This document shows, in pieces, positions 8,419 to 18,288 of a stretch of 64,000 bases of DNA. Source of the stretch: a virus. Within the stretch, counting starts at the first letter, position 1. Each line of letters begins with the position of its first letter. The stretch lies in IMG/VR virus record IMGVR_UViG_3300045976_000088, positions 33,605 to 97,604 of that record. One strand, given 5' to 3'. The translations under genes were made by a program, and so were the position numbers. The notes beneath the pieces are model-generated. The model searched no databases. It saw nothing but the letters and a program-made list of their open reading frames with translations, and had not been told where the DNA came from.

Positions 8419-10491
8419 ATGGGCGGACCCACGAGCGGCCGCTGGCGCGCCAACAAGGCGAGCGTGAACGACTGGGAGTCGGGCCTGGGCGCTGCGATCG
8501 CCGCCCTGGAGGCAAAGACCGGCTTCGTGGTGACCGAGCGCCGCAAGGTGATCGAGCCAGGCACCACGTTCCGCGAATGGGTCGAGCAGCTGGCCGCCGA
8601 TGGCCTCAAGGTCGACGGCAAGCCGTTCACACTAGAGGACCGACCAGCGATGGCGTGGGTCTACGACCAGATCCCGAGCACCGAGGATGAAGCTTTCCGC
8701 CTGTGCCTGGTGATGATGAAGTGCGCGCAGGTCGGCTTCACGGTGTTCGAGATGCTGGCCGCGATCTACCTTGGTCTGCGCTTCGGGCCGGCCACCGTCG
8801 GCATGTTCCTGCCCGACATGAACCTGGCCGGCGTGAAGTCGACCGAGCGGTTCATGCCGATCGTGCGCAGCGTGCCAGAGGTGCACAGCCTGATGACACA
8901 AGACGCGGCCGACGGCTCTGGCCGCAAGGTAGGCGAGGGCAACGTCAACCGCCGGCGCATCGATCAGGCGCTGTTCATCTTCAGCTGGACCAGCGGCAAG
9001 GCCACCACCGAGTCGATCCCGATGGACGTGCTGTCCTTCGACGAGGTGCAGGAGATGACGCTGGAGCAGATCGAAAAGACGTACGAGCGCTTGAGCGCGT
9101 CGTCGATCCGCTTCATGCAGATGGGCAGCACTGCCAACTGGCCCGACCTGGACATCCACTGGTGGTACAAGAAGGGCAGCCAGCACCGCTTCTACACGCG
9201 CTGCACGACATGCGGCAGCGAGAAGCCGCTGGATGACTACTTCCCGGAGTGCATCAAGTACGACCCCGAGCGCCGCGCGCACCGCTACGTTTGCCCAAGC
9301 GGCCATTGGATCGACGACACGCAGCAAGGTGAGTGGCGCGCCGACAACCCGGAAGCCGACCCGCCGATCGACACCACGATCCCGAAGAAGGACCGGCCGC
9401 GGCGCATCCGCTCGCTGCACTTCCCGCAGTTCCTCTCGCCGACGATCAGCGCCGGCGAAATCCTCGACGCCTACAACACGGCCGAGGACATGAAGAACTT
9501 CTACAACCGGAAGCTCGGCAAGCCCTACCTCGATCCGTCGCAGATTCCGGTGACCATGGAGCACTGCCGCGCCGCCGAAGCCGCCGGCATCGCGCTGGGG
9601 CTGCAGTGGAAGCAGCGAGCGCGCGGCACATTCATGGGCATCGACCAGATGGGCCGCTACAACGTGGTGGTGATCAAGGAACGGCTGCCCGATGGGCGCC
9701 AGGCGACGATCCACGTCGAGGAGGTCTACAGCAAGGAGCCGTTCAAGCGCTGCGACGAGCTCATGGAGCAGTACGGCGTGCAGTGCTGCGTGCTGGAGCA
9801 GAACCCGAACTACAACGACGCGCACAACTTCGCCAACCGCCACCCTGGCAAGGTCTTCCTGTGCAACAGCTTCGGCGAGGTGAAAGAGGGCATGATCGTG
9901 TGGGGCGACGCGCCGAAGCTCGACGCCAGCGACCGCCGCACCAGCGACGAGGCGCGCGACCGCTACACGCTGCGCATGGACCAGTACAAGTGCATGCAGG
10001 TCTCGATGATGCGCATCGTCAAAGGCCTATGCCTGTTCCCCGACAGCAAGGCGCTGGTGCAGGAGGTGATGCACGAGGGCCGCATGCAGCTGATGCCGGT
10101 TCTGCCGCGCGCCTGGTACCACTTCACGAAGACCGCCCTGGTGGCCGAGCTCGACGAGGAGAAGGGCACCAACAAGTACAAGCGCTGCGTGCGCAAGGTC
10201 GGCATAGATCCGCACTTCAGCTACGCCAACATGCTCTGCGACGTGGCCTGGGCACGCGCGCACGGCACCAGCACTTTCATCCTGCCGGGAGACGATGTGA
10301 TCGAGAAAGACGCGATGCTGAAGAACCCGATCATCCCCGAGCAGCTGAAGCAGCTGGTGCGGCAGGAGATCCCCGCGGGCGACGTGTGCGGGCGCTGCAG
10401 CGCGCGCGACCCCGAAACCGGCCGGTGCGATGAACGCGGCTTCCTGGTGAAGCCCGAGCAGCCTGGGTGCGTGCTATTCGTGGCGTCGTGA
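8419..10491 (+). CDS. terL: Terminase large subunit, GpA-like
   Basis: MKCAQVGFT (GpA-type Walker A), FDEVQ (Walker B), a Zn motif, FYNRKLGKPY and a GIDQ nuclease motif. Confidence 0.9.
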   Translation: MGGPTSGRWRANKASVNDWESGLGAAIAALEAKTGFVVTERRKVIEPGTTFREWVEQLAADGLKVDGKPFTLEDRPAMAWVYDQIPSTEDEAFRLCLVMMKCAQVGFTVFEMLAAIYLGLRFGPATVGMFLPDMNLAGVKSTERFMPIVRSVPEVHSLMTQDAADGSGRKVGEGNVNRRRIDQALFIFSWTSGKATTESIPMDVLSFDEVQEMTLEQIEKTYERLSASSIRFMQMGSTANWPDLDIHWWYKKGSQHRFYTRCTTCGSEKPLDDYFPECIKYDPERRAHRYVCPSGHWIDDTQQGEWRADNPEADPPIDTTIPKKDRPRRIRSLHFPQFLSPTISAGEILDAYNTAEDMKNFYNRKLGKPYLDPSQIPVTMEHCRAAEAAGIALGLQWKQRARGTFMGIDQMGRYNVVVIKERLPDGRQATIHVEEVYSKEPFKRCDELMEQYGVQCCVLEQNPNYNDAHNFANRHPGKVFLCNSFGEVKEGMIVWGDAPKLDASDRRTSDEARDRYTLRMDQYKCMQVSMMRIVKGLCLFPDSKALVQEVMHEGRMQLMPVLPRAWYHFTKTALVAELDEEKGTNKYKRCVRKVGIDPHFSYANMLCDVAWARAHGTSTFILPGDDVIEKDAMLKNPIIPEQLKQLVRQEIPAGDVCGRCSARDPETGRCDERGFLVKPEQPGCVLFVAS

Positions 10492-10500
10492 CGTGACGAT
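10486..10500 (+). promoter_or_regulatory. TCGTGA-box promoter overlapping the terL stop
   Basis: TCGTGA-cgt-GACGAT. Confidence 0.55.
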
Positions 10501-10588
10501 GAAGGCTCTTGGACGGAAAGCCTAGACCAACCTCACCAGCCAGGAGATCGACGATGAAACGCTGACGCGCCCAACCCGCGCCCGACGA

Positions 10589-10631
10589 GTAGCCCCGGCA
10601 TCGCAACTGCGCGCCGGGGCTACGCTTTTTT
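10589..10631 (+). terminator. Rho-independent terminator
   Basis: GTAGCCCCGGC/GCCGGGGCTAC stem followed by T6. Confidence 0.85.
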
Positions 10632-10653
10632 GAGCGGCGCGACAGATTAAGGA

Positions 10654-10887
10654 TCAGGCAGGCGCAGGCTCCGGCAGTTCGTAGCGGCCGCTGTCGCGCG
10701 GGAACAGGTGCACCAGCACCCAGTCGCTCGGCTTGCGCGACGGGTCATGCAGGTCGGCGTCATACACGACCCAGCGACCTGGCGGTATTCGGTAGAGCTC
10801 GGCCAGGCGCGACGCGCCGATGTGGTGGTATTGGCCGTCGTGCTGCGATCGCACGCAGCCCGGGTGAAGGACGTACATCGTTTCCAT
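10654..10887 (-). CDS. Hypothetical protein
   Basis: 77-aa ORF filling the intergenic gap. Confidence 0.55.
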   Translation of the reverse strand: METMYVLHPGCVRSQHDGQYHHIGASRLAELYRIPPGRWVVYDADLHDPSRKPSDWVLVHLFPRDSGRYELPEPAPA

Positions 10888-10982
10888 AGCTGCCCCTATG
10901 ACGTGGGTGATTGTCTCACCCGGCCGCTGAACGCTACCCGCCCGGGTTAGGGGGAAGACGTAACAGCGGGCGCAGCGCGAGG

Positions 10983-10997
10983 TCGTGAGCGAAGACT
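10983..10997 (+). promoter_or_regulatory. TCGTGA-box promoter, short-leader type
   Basis: TCGTGA-gcg-AAGACT; GGAG SD and ATG 11022 downstream. Confidence 0.65.
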
Positions 10998-11021
10998 GGC
11001 TGCTCTAACCGGAGCAGTACC

Positions 11022-12212
11022 ATGTCCACCTTGCCCGCCCGCCCGCGCGTCGCCGCGCTCGACTACAGCCGCGACCTGTCACCCGCCCGCCAGGCGTTTC
11101 TCTCGCGCTTCCCGTTCGTCGTGCTGAGCTTCCTGCAGGCGCAGCTGAGCGCCGCGGCGCTGCCTGCCACGCTGGCGTTCCTGCAGGCACTGCGCAACGC
11201 CGGCACGCAGGTGGCGCAGTACACGATCCTCAACGAGTTCAAAGACCCGCAGACCACCAGCGACGAGACCTACTCGTGGTGGCAGCAGTTGAACGCCAAC
11301 GCCTGGTGGGCACTGAACGCCGGCGCCAAGGTGCAGTGGACGACCGCATTCGGAAACTTCGAGGCCAACCCGACGCGCGAGACGCAGCCCGACGCGCAGG
11401 GCCGCCATGTGCCGCAGGCGCGCGCCGAATGGGACTGGTCGAACCGCCTGCAGTACCTGGCGCCGCTGGTGGGCTACGTGTTCTGCGACAACACGATGTT
11501 CCAGCCGCGAGTGACCGCCGACTACAACTGCGACGGCACGAGCGAGACGCCGGCCCAGGCCGCGCAGGCATTCCGCACGGGCTACGCCGAGTTCTTCGCG
11601 GCGCTGCAGGCGCGCGGCTTCAAGGTGATGGGCAACAGCGACTGCGACACCTCGGCTGCCGGCGGCTACGGCTGCAGCCTGTCGAAGCCTGAGCTCAAGG
11701 GTGTCGCGCAAGGTGCGTTCCTGGAAGGCGTCGCCGGCAAGAGCTACAGCCTGGAGGGGTTCGCCGGCGTGGCCGCGGTGCTGAAGTACATCCGCAGCGC
11801 GATCAACGCGACGCAGCCAGGCAGCCCGGTGCTGGTGAACGTCTACGCCGACCTGCCGACCAGCGTGCAGCTGGCGCGCTACGGCCTGTGCATCTCGATG
11901 CTGGAGGATGGGCTGTACTGCCTGAACGCGGCCAGCAACCAGGCGCCGCTCTGGCTCGACGAGTACGACCAGCCGATCGGCGATCCAACCGACGGGCCGC
12001 AGAGCGCGCCGACGCTGAGTGGTTGCTTCGTTCGCCGCTACAGCAACGGCATGGTGCTGGTGAACCCGACCAGTGCCGCGATCACGGTCGACCTGACTGG
12101 GCAGGGCCTGCGGCGTTTCTCAGGTTCGCAGGATCCGGTGGTGAACAACGGCCAGGCCGTCAGCCAGGTGACCTTGCAGCCGAAGGACGGCGTGCTGCTG
12201 CTGAAGCTCTAA
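11022..12212 (+). CDS. Putative glycoside hydrolase (GHL15-like TIM barrel)
   Basis: YVFCDN, WLDEYDQPIG and C-terminal VRRYSNGMVLVNPT...VTLQPKDGVLL. Confidence 0.6.
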   Translation: MSTLPARPRVAALDYSRDLSPARQAFLSRFPFVVLSFLQAQLSAAALPATLAFLQALRNAGTQVAQYTILNEFKDPQTTSDETYSWWQQLNANAWWALNAGAKVQWTTAFGNFEANPTRETQPDAQGRHVPQARAEWDWSNRLQYLAPLVGYVFCDNTMFQPRVTADYNCDGTSETPAQAAQAFRTGYAEFFAALQARGFKVMGNSDCDTSAAGGYGCSLSKPELKGVAQGAFLEGVAGKSYSLEGFAGVAAVLKYIRSAINATQPGSPVLVNVYADLPTSVQLARYGLCISMLEDGLYCLNAASNQAPLWLDEYDQPIGDPTDGPQSAPTLSGCFVRRYSNGMVLVNPTSAAITVDLTGQGLRRFSGSQDPVVNNGQAVSQVTLQPKDGVLLLKL

Positions 12213-12649
12213 GCGGCCGCGTCGGCGCAGTCGTCGTTGGCCGCGCCGCGGCGCTTCTTGCCGCGGTCGCTGCGCACTTTCGGTGCCTTGCGCTGGTTCA
12301 CCACGCGCGCCAGGTCGAACACGCTCGCGACGCGCTTGCGCTTGACGCGGTTCTTCAGCGTGCGGCGCCGGTTGTACTGGCTGCTGGTGAGCGGAGGCGG
12401 CTTCGGCTCGTCGGGCCCGGTGCCGAGGCAGTAGACGGCGCGCGGATAGAACAGCGCCGTCCCGTTGAGGTCGCTGCGCTCGTAGCTGCAGATGCGCACC
12501 TTCTGGTTCTTCTGCGTGCGCAGCCGGTTGAGCGTGCAGGTGATTTGCCGGATATCTGATCCTTCGACGCCGGCCAGGAGCTCGCGCGCTGTGAGCGGGC
12601 CGTCGGCCAGCATGGCGAGGATCTTCGCAGTGACGACGCGCTTGGTCAT
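12209..12649 (-). CDS. Winged-helix-like basic protein
   Basis: ILAMLADGPLTARELL N-terminus; basic C-terminus. Confidence 0.6.
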   Translation of the reverse strand: MTKRVVTAKILAMLADGPLTARELLAGVEGSDIRQITCTLNRLRTQKNQKVRICSYERSDLNGTALFYPRAVYCLGTGPDEPKPPPLTSSQYNRRRTLKNRVKRKRVASVFDLARVVNQRKAPKVRSDRGKKRRGAANDDCADAAA

Positions 12650-13218
12650 GTGGTCGAGTGCGAGGGCGAGATCGCGGCGCGAGCCTTGCGCAACGCTGAT
12701 GCCGCCGCCTGGATTGTTTCTCGCTCGTCGCGCCTCAGCTTCGGGTGATCGCTGATGCCATCAAGTTCGGCCAGCAGCGCGTCGCTGATAACCACCGCTG
12801 GCGCTGCTGCCGACAGCCCTGCCACGCTGGCGGTGGCGGATGTATCGGCTCTGGGGCAAGTCGCAAGCAGATCGCAATTCCAACCCAGCGCCTCTGCCCT
12901 GGCGAATGCGTGCCTAGCGTCGCCCTCGTCGTTGTAGATCGCAACGCCGCGATCACGGTCCCAAAACCAGATGACCCACTTGCGCTGCTGCTCGTTAGCA
13001 GGCCCCGGCGTGCACCATGCGCCAACGCCAGTTTGTGCTGGTTCGAGCGGCGGAAGTTGCGTGGCCCCCTCGCGGACTTCCGCCACCACCTCCAGCGCCT
13101 GCTCGGGCTGGGGGGCGCCTCGCGTTTCACGCTGCCATGAGTCAGGCGAATGCGGGCACGGGCGAAGATCACGACGGGTGCAGTACGGGCAGCGCCAGGG
13201 CGCTTCACGGTTTGTCAT
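12646..13218 (-). CDS. Hypothetical protein
   Basis: ATGA-coupled in the leftward operon; CPYC motif. Confidence 0.55.
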   Translation of the reverse strand: MTNREAPWRCPYCTRRDLRPCPHSPDSWQRETRGAPQPEQALEVVAEVREGATQLPPLEPAQTGVGAWCTPGPANEQQRKWVIWFWDRDRGVAIYNDEGDARHAFARAEALGWNCDLLATCPRADTSATASVAGLSAAAPAVVISDALLAELDGISDHPKLRRDERETIQAAASALRKARAAISPSHSTT

Positions 13219-14597
13219 GCTGATTGCTCCTTGGCGGCAGCAGCGAGGGCGGCCGCGTACCCGGCGCGGATGAAGTCATAGGCCGCGGCTCCCCGCTTCT
13301 CGTGCATGGTCTTGGTCATAATCTCGTCGCACTGCTCATCCGTCAGTCCCTGCGCCACTGGCTGTGATGCGACGACGGGAGCGGCGATGGATCGACGGAT
13401 GGCTTGCAGCGCTAGCCGGTCGTTGCTCAAGCCGAGAATCTTGATGGTCTCCCACAAGCGCTTCGCTTCCAGCTCCACCGTCTCTGCTGCCCCCTGCACG
13501 GGAGCGAGGTTGCATCGGATGAACTCTGCGACTTGTGGAGCGATCAAAACCGGCTCGCGTCCTTCAGCCGCTTCGATGCGATCTGCGCAGTCGAGTAAGT
13601 AGTCTGCTGTTGGCTTCGGGACGGGCACCAGCACGAACCCATCTGCCGCCACCGGCTCGGCCTGCGCGGGGGTAGTGGTGGGCGTCGTCAGGTATGCGGC
13701 CAGGGCCTTCTCGGCATCGTGGATGACACGGTATCCATGCGTCCCGTCGTCCTGCGCGTTGACCAGCTTGCCGAGGTGGCCGGGATCGCGGCTCGGCACG
13801 GCATCACAGATCGCGCTGGCGAGGTGCAGGGCGTTCATCACTTGCCACAGCAGCGCCACCGGCTCGGCCTGCGGGGTGGCGTCATTGACCATCGGGCCGT
13901 CCCATCCCGGCTCACGTCGCGCAGCCGGTGCAGGGGACGCCACGGGAGGGCGGACGGCGAGGGATGCCGCGCTCTTAAGCCACGCATTCACTGCGCGCCG
14001 GGCAATGTTGGTCATGTTCCCCCGGTAAGCGCGAGCCGCCTCGATGCTGGACAGCTCGTTGTAGCTCGGGTCACGCATGGCCGCGTGGACGGCAGCCGCA
14101 GCGTGATTAAGGGCCGCAGGGTAGTCATCGGCCGCCACCGGCTCGGCCTGCGGCTGCCTGTCGGGATCGTCGCGTTCGCCGGCAATCCAGTCGATCGCCT
14201 TTGCGAGCGCCGCGCCGACGGTGGTGTGATGCGTGTCGGCTTCTAGCCTCGCATCCTCCAACTCATCAAGCAAATCGGCACGCGCCGCTTCCTCGCACGG
14301 GTGAGGCTCGGCCTGCGGCTTCCCAAGCGGCGGCTTCCACTGCTCCCCCTCGTGGTACGTGTAGCCCAGGCCCTGCAGCGTCTTGACGGCAGCGTCGCGC
14401 GCGGCTCGGCTTGGATTCTCGGACTGCAGCTGTGCGGAGATCGCTTCACGCGCATACTCCTGCACGCACATCTGCAGCGCCGCCGCGATGTCCTGGCGCC
14501 CCATTACGCTCGGGTGCGCAGCACTCCATTCGTTCACAAGGCTCCAAAATTTCTTCTGAAGGGATGGCAGTGGCGCGATATTGGTGTTCTCAGCCAC
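13215..14597 (-). CDS. Modular hypothetical protein with QAEPVA linker repeats
   Basis: Long ORF (track 13215..14663; GTG 14597 chosen for coupling to the upstream gene); repeated [P/A]QAEPVA. Confidence 0.65.
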   Translation of the reverse strand: MAENTNIAPLPSLQKKFWSLVNEWSAAHPSVMGRQDIAAALQMCVQEYAREAISAQLQSENPSRAARDAAVKTLQGLGYTYHEGEQWKPPLGKPQAEPHPCEEAARADLLDELEDARLEADTHHTTVGAALAKAIDWIAGERDDPDRQPQAEPVAADDYPAALNHAAAAVHAAMRDPSYNELSSIEAARAYRGNMTNIARRAVNAWLKSAASLAVRPPVASPAPAARREPGWDGPMVNDATPQAEPVALLWQVMNALHLASAICDAVPSRDPGHLGKLVNAQDDGTHGYRVIHDAEKALAAYLTTPTTTPAQAEPVAADGFVLVPVPKPTADYLLDCADRIEAAEGREPVLIAPQVAEFIRCNLAPVQGAAETVELEAKRLWETIKILGLSNDRLALQAIRRSIAAPVVASQPVAQGLTDEQCDEIMTKTMHEKRGAAAYDFIRAGYAAALAAAAKEQSA

Positions 14598-14829
14598 GAC
14601 CCACCCCCATCCCGCAGTCGCACCGCCCAGGCCGCCGGCCCTGCTGGCAGCCGCCGCCGGCACAGCCGTTGTTCGTCGGGGCGTACTTCACCAGCAGCCG
14701 CAGCAGGCCGCAGGCGGCGATCGCGAGGGTGAAGTAGCTGCTGATGCCGAGCACCAGGCAGAGCACCAGCGGAATCAGAATGACGCCTGCGGCGACGATG
14801 ATCCGGTCGGGGTGAACGGGTGATTTCAC
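14590..14829 (-). CDS. Small membrane protein
   Basis: Hydrophobic ORF with GGAG SD; first gene of the leftward operon. Confidence 0.55.
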   Translation of the reverse strand: MKSPVHPDRIIVAAGVILIPLVLCLVLGISSYFTLAIAACGLLRLLVKYAPTNNGCAGGGCQQGRRPGRCDCGMGVGRG

Positions 14830-14859
14830 AGACTCTCCAATGGGTTGCGGGGTGGTCGA

Positions 14860-14889
14860 ATTGTACGCCAGCTAATCAAAAAAGATCAA
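14860..14889 (-). promoter_or_regulatory. Sigma70-like promoter for the leftward operon, overlapping an ATCAAA..GAT operator
   Basis: TTGATC-N18-TACAAT on the minus strand. Confidence 0.55.
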
Positions 14890-14914
14890 ATCAGCGCCCG
14901 CGCTGCTCCGGCTG

Positions 14915-14935
14915 TCGTGACGACACCATGGCGAC
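14915..14935 (+). promoter_or_regulatory. TCGTGA-box promoter, leaderless type (portal)
   Basis: TCGTGA-cga-CACCAT-ggcgac-ATG(14936). Confidence 0.7.
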
Positions 14936-16693
14936 ATGGACAATGCCGCCTCCGTTGCCTTCAATCCAGACGCGCCTGCCGACGAGCGCCGCGACGCCAA
15001 AGCGGAGCTGCAGAAGGCGCATGCCCCAACGTCATCCGACATCGCCAAGAACGTCGGTAACCTGGCGCCCCTGATCGACTTCATCCGGCATCAGGCCGAG
15101 GAACAGGAGTTCCAGAAGTCGCTCACCAAGCAAAACGTGATCCCATTCCCGTCGCTGGCGGTCAAAAACCGCAAGCCCGGCATGCAGTCGGTCACGCTCG
15201 ACGACATGCTGGTGACGGTGCAAGGAGACTGGTACGAGCGCCCTGGCTCGATGCCGTTCGACTCTCTGCGCATGATGGTGCGCGAGACACCGGTGCTTGG
15301 CGCCGTGATCATGCAGCGCATCCGCCAGGTGCAACGCTTCTGCCGTCCGCAGGAGAACGGCAAGGGCTACGGCTTCAAGATCGCGCTGAAGGACAAGACG
15401 GCGCACACCGGCCCCGAGGAGGAGCAGTCCATCGCGCTGCTGCAGGACTTCTTCAGCAACTGCGGCTGGGAGAAGAACCCGCGCGCGCGCCGGCGCCTGA
15501 AGCGCGACGACTTCACGTCGTTCATGGGCAAGCTGGTGCGGGAGTCGCTGACCCTGGACTCGATGCCGATCGAGACGGAGTTCAAGCGCGATCGCAGCCA
15601 GGGCATCGACGGCATGTATGCGGTCGACGGCGCGACGGTGCGGCTGTGCACTGAGCTCGGCTATGAGGGCGACGACGAGATTTACGCCCTGCAGGTGGTG
15701 CAGGGCCAGGTGCGAGCGGTCTACACCTATGACGATCTGATCTACGTCCCACGCAACCCGCTGGCGGACGTGAACGCCGGCGGCTACGGCCTGAGCGAGA
15801 CCGAGTTGCTGGTGCGTACGGTGACGGGCTTCCTGAACGCCTTCACCTACAACACCAAGTTCTTCGACTCGAATCAGATCCCGAAGGGCCTGCTGCACCT
15901 GTCTGGCAACTACGACGACAACGACATCACCGCGTTCAAGCGCTTCTGGAACGCGATGGTCAAGGGCATCAACAATGCCTGGTCGCTGCCGGTGATGGTA
16001 TCGAAGGACCAGGAGTCGAAGGCCACGTTCGAGAACTTCGGTGTCGAGGTCAACGAGATCATGTTCGCGAAGTGGATGGTGTTCCTCGTGAGCATCATCT
16101 GCGCGATCTACGGTATCGCACCCGAGGAGATCAACTTCGAGAGCTTCACGGCCGGCACGAGCTCGCTGAGCGGCGACGACACCGAGGAGAAGCTGGTCTC
16201 GTCGAAGGACAAGGGCCTGCGGCCGCTGTTGAGCTACTTCGAGAACCTGTTCACCGACTACGTGGTCTCGGAGTACGGCGACAAGTACGTGTTCCGCTGG
16301 ACCGGCCTCGACGAGGAGGATCCGAAGTCGGCAGCCGAGCGCCAGAAGCTGTCGATGACGTGGAACGAGATGCGTGCACTCGACGACCTGCCGAAGATCC
16401 CTGGCAAGGTCGGCGACGCGCCGCTCAACCCCGCCCTGCTCGGCGCCTGGCAGCAAGAGAACATGCCGCAGGAGACCGACTTCGGCCAGCCCGGGCAGCA
16501 GCAGCCGCCAGGCGACGACGAGGGTGCGTCAGCCGAGGGCCAGGACTTTGGCAACCCGGGCGACGAGAACGACACCGGCGCCGACTTCGGCCAGGCCGGC
16601 GGCGACGACAGCCAGGGCGGCGGCGACGAGCCTGCCGACAGCGCCACGATGGCGAAGGCCTTCGGCCTGCCGGTGTTCAAAATCGAGCCGTGA
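14936..16693 (+). CDS. Portal protein
   Basis: YAVDGATVR, YVPRNP....GYGLSETE, FFDSNQIPKGLL, ICAIYGIAPEEI and KGLRPLL motifs; acidic tail. Confidence 0.88.
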   Translation: MDNAASVAFNPDAPADERRDAKAELQKAHAPTSSDIAKNVGNLAPLIDFIRHQAEEQEFQKSLTKQNVIPFPSLAVKNRKPGMQSVTLDDMLVTVQGDWYERPGSMPFDSLRMMVRETPVLGAVIMQRIRQVQRFCRPQENGKGYGFKIALKDKTAHTGPEEEQSIALLQDFFSNCGWEKNPRARRRLKRDDFTSFMGKLVRESLTLDSMPIETEFKRDRSQGIDGMYAVDGATVRLCTELGYEGDDEIYALQVVQGQVRAVYTYDDLIYVPRNPLADVNAGGYGLSETELLVRTVTGFLNAFTYNTKFFDSNQIPKGLLHLSGNYDDNDITAFKRFWNAMVKGINNAWSLPVMVSKDQESKATFENFGVEVNEIMFAKWMVFLVSIICAIYGIAPEEINFESFTAGTSSLSGDDTEEKLVSSKDKGLRPLLSYFENLFTDYVVSEYGDKYVFRWTGLDEEDPKSAAERQKLSMTWNEMRALDDLPKIPGKVGDAPLNPALLGAWQQENMPQETDFGQPGQQQPPGDDEGASAEGQDFGNPGDENDTGADFGQAGGDDSQGGGDEPADSATMAKAFGLPVFKIEP

Positions 16694-18288
16694 TGAAGCC
16701 ACAGCAGCAGAAGCAGCAGCCCGAGAAGGAGCCCAAGGACGTCGCCGTCGGCGACGAGCTCTACGTGCATCACGGCGGCCAGCCGCACACGTGCCGCGTG
16801 GTCGCGCACGGCCGCCACGGCGTCACGGGCGAGATCGAGGGCAAGCACCACAAGTTCACCTGGGACCGGGTGCTCGGGCACAAGAAGCGCGCGAAGCTGC
16901 GCTACCGCATCACCGACCAGGGCGAGGACGGCATGATCCTGGAGGATCACGCCGGCAACCGCCGCTACCTGGCGACCCCCAACGAGGCAAAAGAGGATCC
17001 CTACGTGGCGAAGGCACTCGACCCGCGGCGCCCGGTGCTGCTGCTCAAGGCTGGCGAACCGAAAGGGCCGACGCGCCCGGGGTTGACCGAAAAGCACCTG
17101 ACCGACAAGCGCGGCGTGCAGACCACGCGCTACGTGCGCACACAGAAGGACCAGCCGAAGCAGCGCCAGCGCGCCGCCAGCGATGCCGAGGCTGGCGCCG
17201 CGCACGGCTACGGCACACACAACCTGAGCGCCGGCGACACCGTGCACTTCGCCGCCGGCGACTTCCAGGGCAGCGGCGTCATCGTCGGCGAGCCCGGCGC
17301 CGACGGCGCGCACGTCAAGGACGCCAGTGGCCGCGTGCACCAGGTGAGGTGGGCCGAGATCACCGGCCACGAGCCGCGCGAGGGCGAGAAGCCGACCGTG
17401 CAGCACGGTGTGCGCGGCGAGCAGAAGCCGATCCCAGCGGACCAGTTCAAGGCGGGCGACTACGCGGCGCAGCACAACGACCCCAACGTGACGCCCGAGG
17501 CGATCCTGTCGCAGTTCCCGCCCGACACAGCCGAGAAGATCCAGGCGGTGCAGGAGCGTCTGAAGTCAGTCGAAGAAACGATCGAGCGGCACAAGCAAGG
17601 CGACGACTACGACGAGAAGCGCAAGGCGCTGCACGTGAAAATCTACGATCACTTCCTCTCGCCGGAGAAGGTGATCGCGGCGACGCCGCCCGAGGGTCAG
17701 AAGCCAACGCTGACGCTGCTGGGTGGCCGCGGCGGCTCGGGCAAGAGCTCGTTCAAGGGCAAGGTCTACGACGAGGCGCATGCGATCGTCATCGACCCGG
17801 ACGAGATCAAGGGCATGCTGCCCGAGTACGAGGGATGGAACGCCCACCAGGTGCACTCAGAGTCGAGCGACATCACCGACGAGATCATCAAGATGGCCCG
17901 CGACTTCGGCTGCAACGTGGTGCTCGATGCCACGATGAAGACCGCCAAGAGCACACTCAAGAAGCTCGACGAGTTCAAAGGCGCCGGCTACCGTGTCGAG
18001 GCCCACTACATGCACCTGCCGCGGCAGGAAGCAGCCAAGCGCGCCGTGCAGCGCTTCCTTGGCAAGACGCAGCGCTACGTGCCGGTCGACGTCGTGCTGG
18101 GCAACACCGAGAACGAGAAGACGTTCGATCAGGTGCGCGAGCACGCCGACCGCTGGTCGTTCCGGGACAACAACGTGCAGCAGGGCCAGGAGCCGATCTT
18201 GATCAGCCAGGGCGGCAAGGATCACGAGGAGCAGCCATTGAAGAAGTCCCTCGGAGCAACTATCCTCTTGGTATGGAAAATGCCATGA
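16693..18288 (+). CDS. Multidomain protein with C-terminal zeta-toxin-like P-loop kinase
   Basis: LLGGRGGSGKSS, IDPDEIKGMLP, VVLDATM and AAKRAVQRF; TGATG coupling to portal. Confidence 0.8.
   Translation: MKPQQQKQQPEKEPKDVAVGDELYVHHGGQPHTCRVVAHGRHGVTGEIEGKHHKFTWDRVLGHKKRAKLRYRITDQGEDGMILEDHAGNRRYLATPNEAKEDPYVAKALDPRRPVLLLKAGEPKGPTRPGLTEKHLTDKRGVQTTRYVRTQKDQPKQRQRAASDAEAGAAHGYGTHNLSAGDTVHFAAGDFQGSGVIVGEPGADGAHVKDASGRVHQVRWAEITGHEPREGEKPTVQHGVRGEQKPIPADQFKAGDYAAQHNDPNVTPEAILSQFPPDTAEKIQAVQERLKSVEETIERHKQGDDYDEKRKALHVKIYDHFLSPEKVIAATPPEGQKPTLTLLGGRGGSGKSSFKGKVYDEAHAIVIDPDEIKGMLPEYEGWNAHQVHSESSDITDEIIKMARDFGCNVVLDATMKTAKSTLKKLDEFKGAGYRVEAHYMHLPRQEAAKRAVQRFLGKTQRYVPVDVVLGNTENEKTFDQVREHADRWSFRDNNVQQGQEPILISQGGKDHEEQPLKKSLGATILLVWKMP

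Noticed and set aside
16072-16692. Upstream extensions of track ORFs (16072, 21403, 22392, 23069, 62469)
   Set aside because: They overlap real upstream genes or RNA; coupled or promoter-defined internal starts fit better
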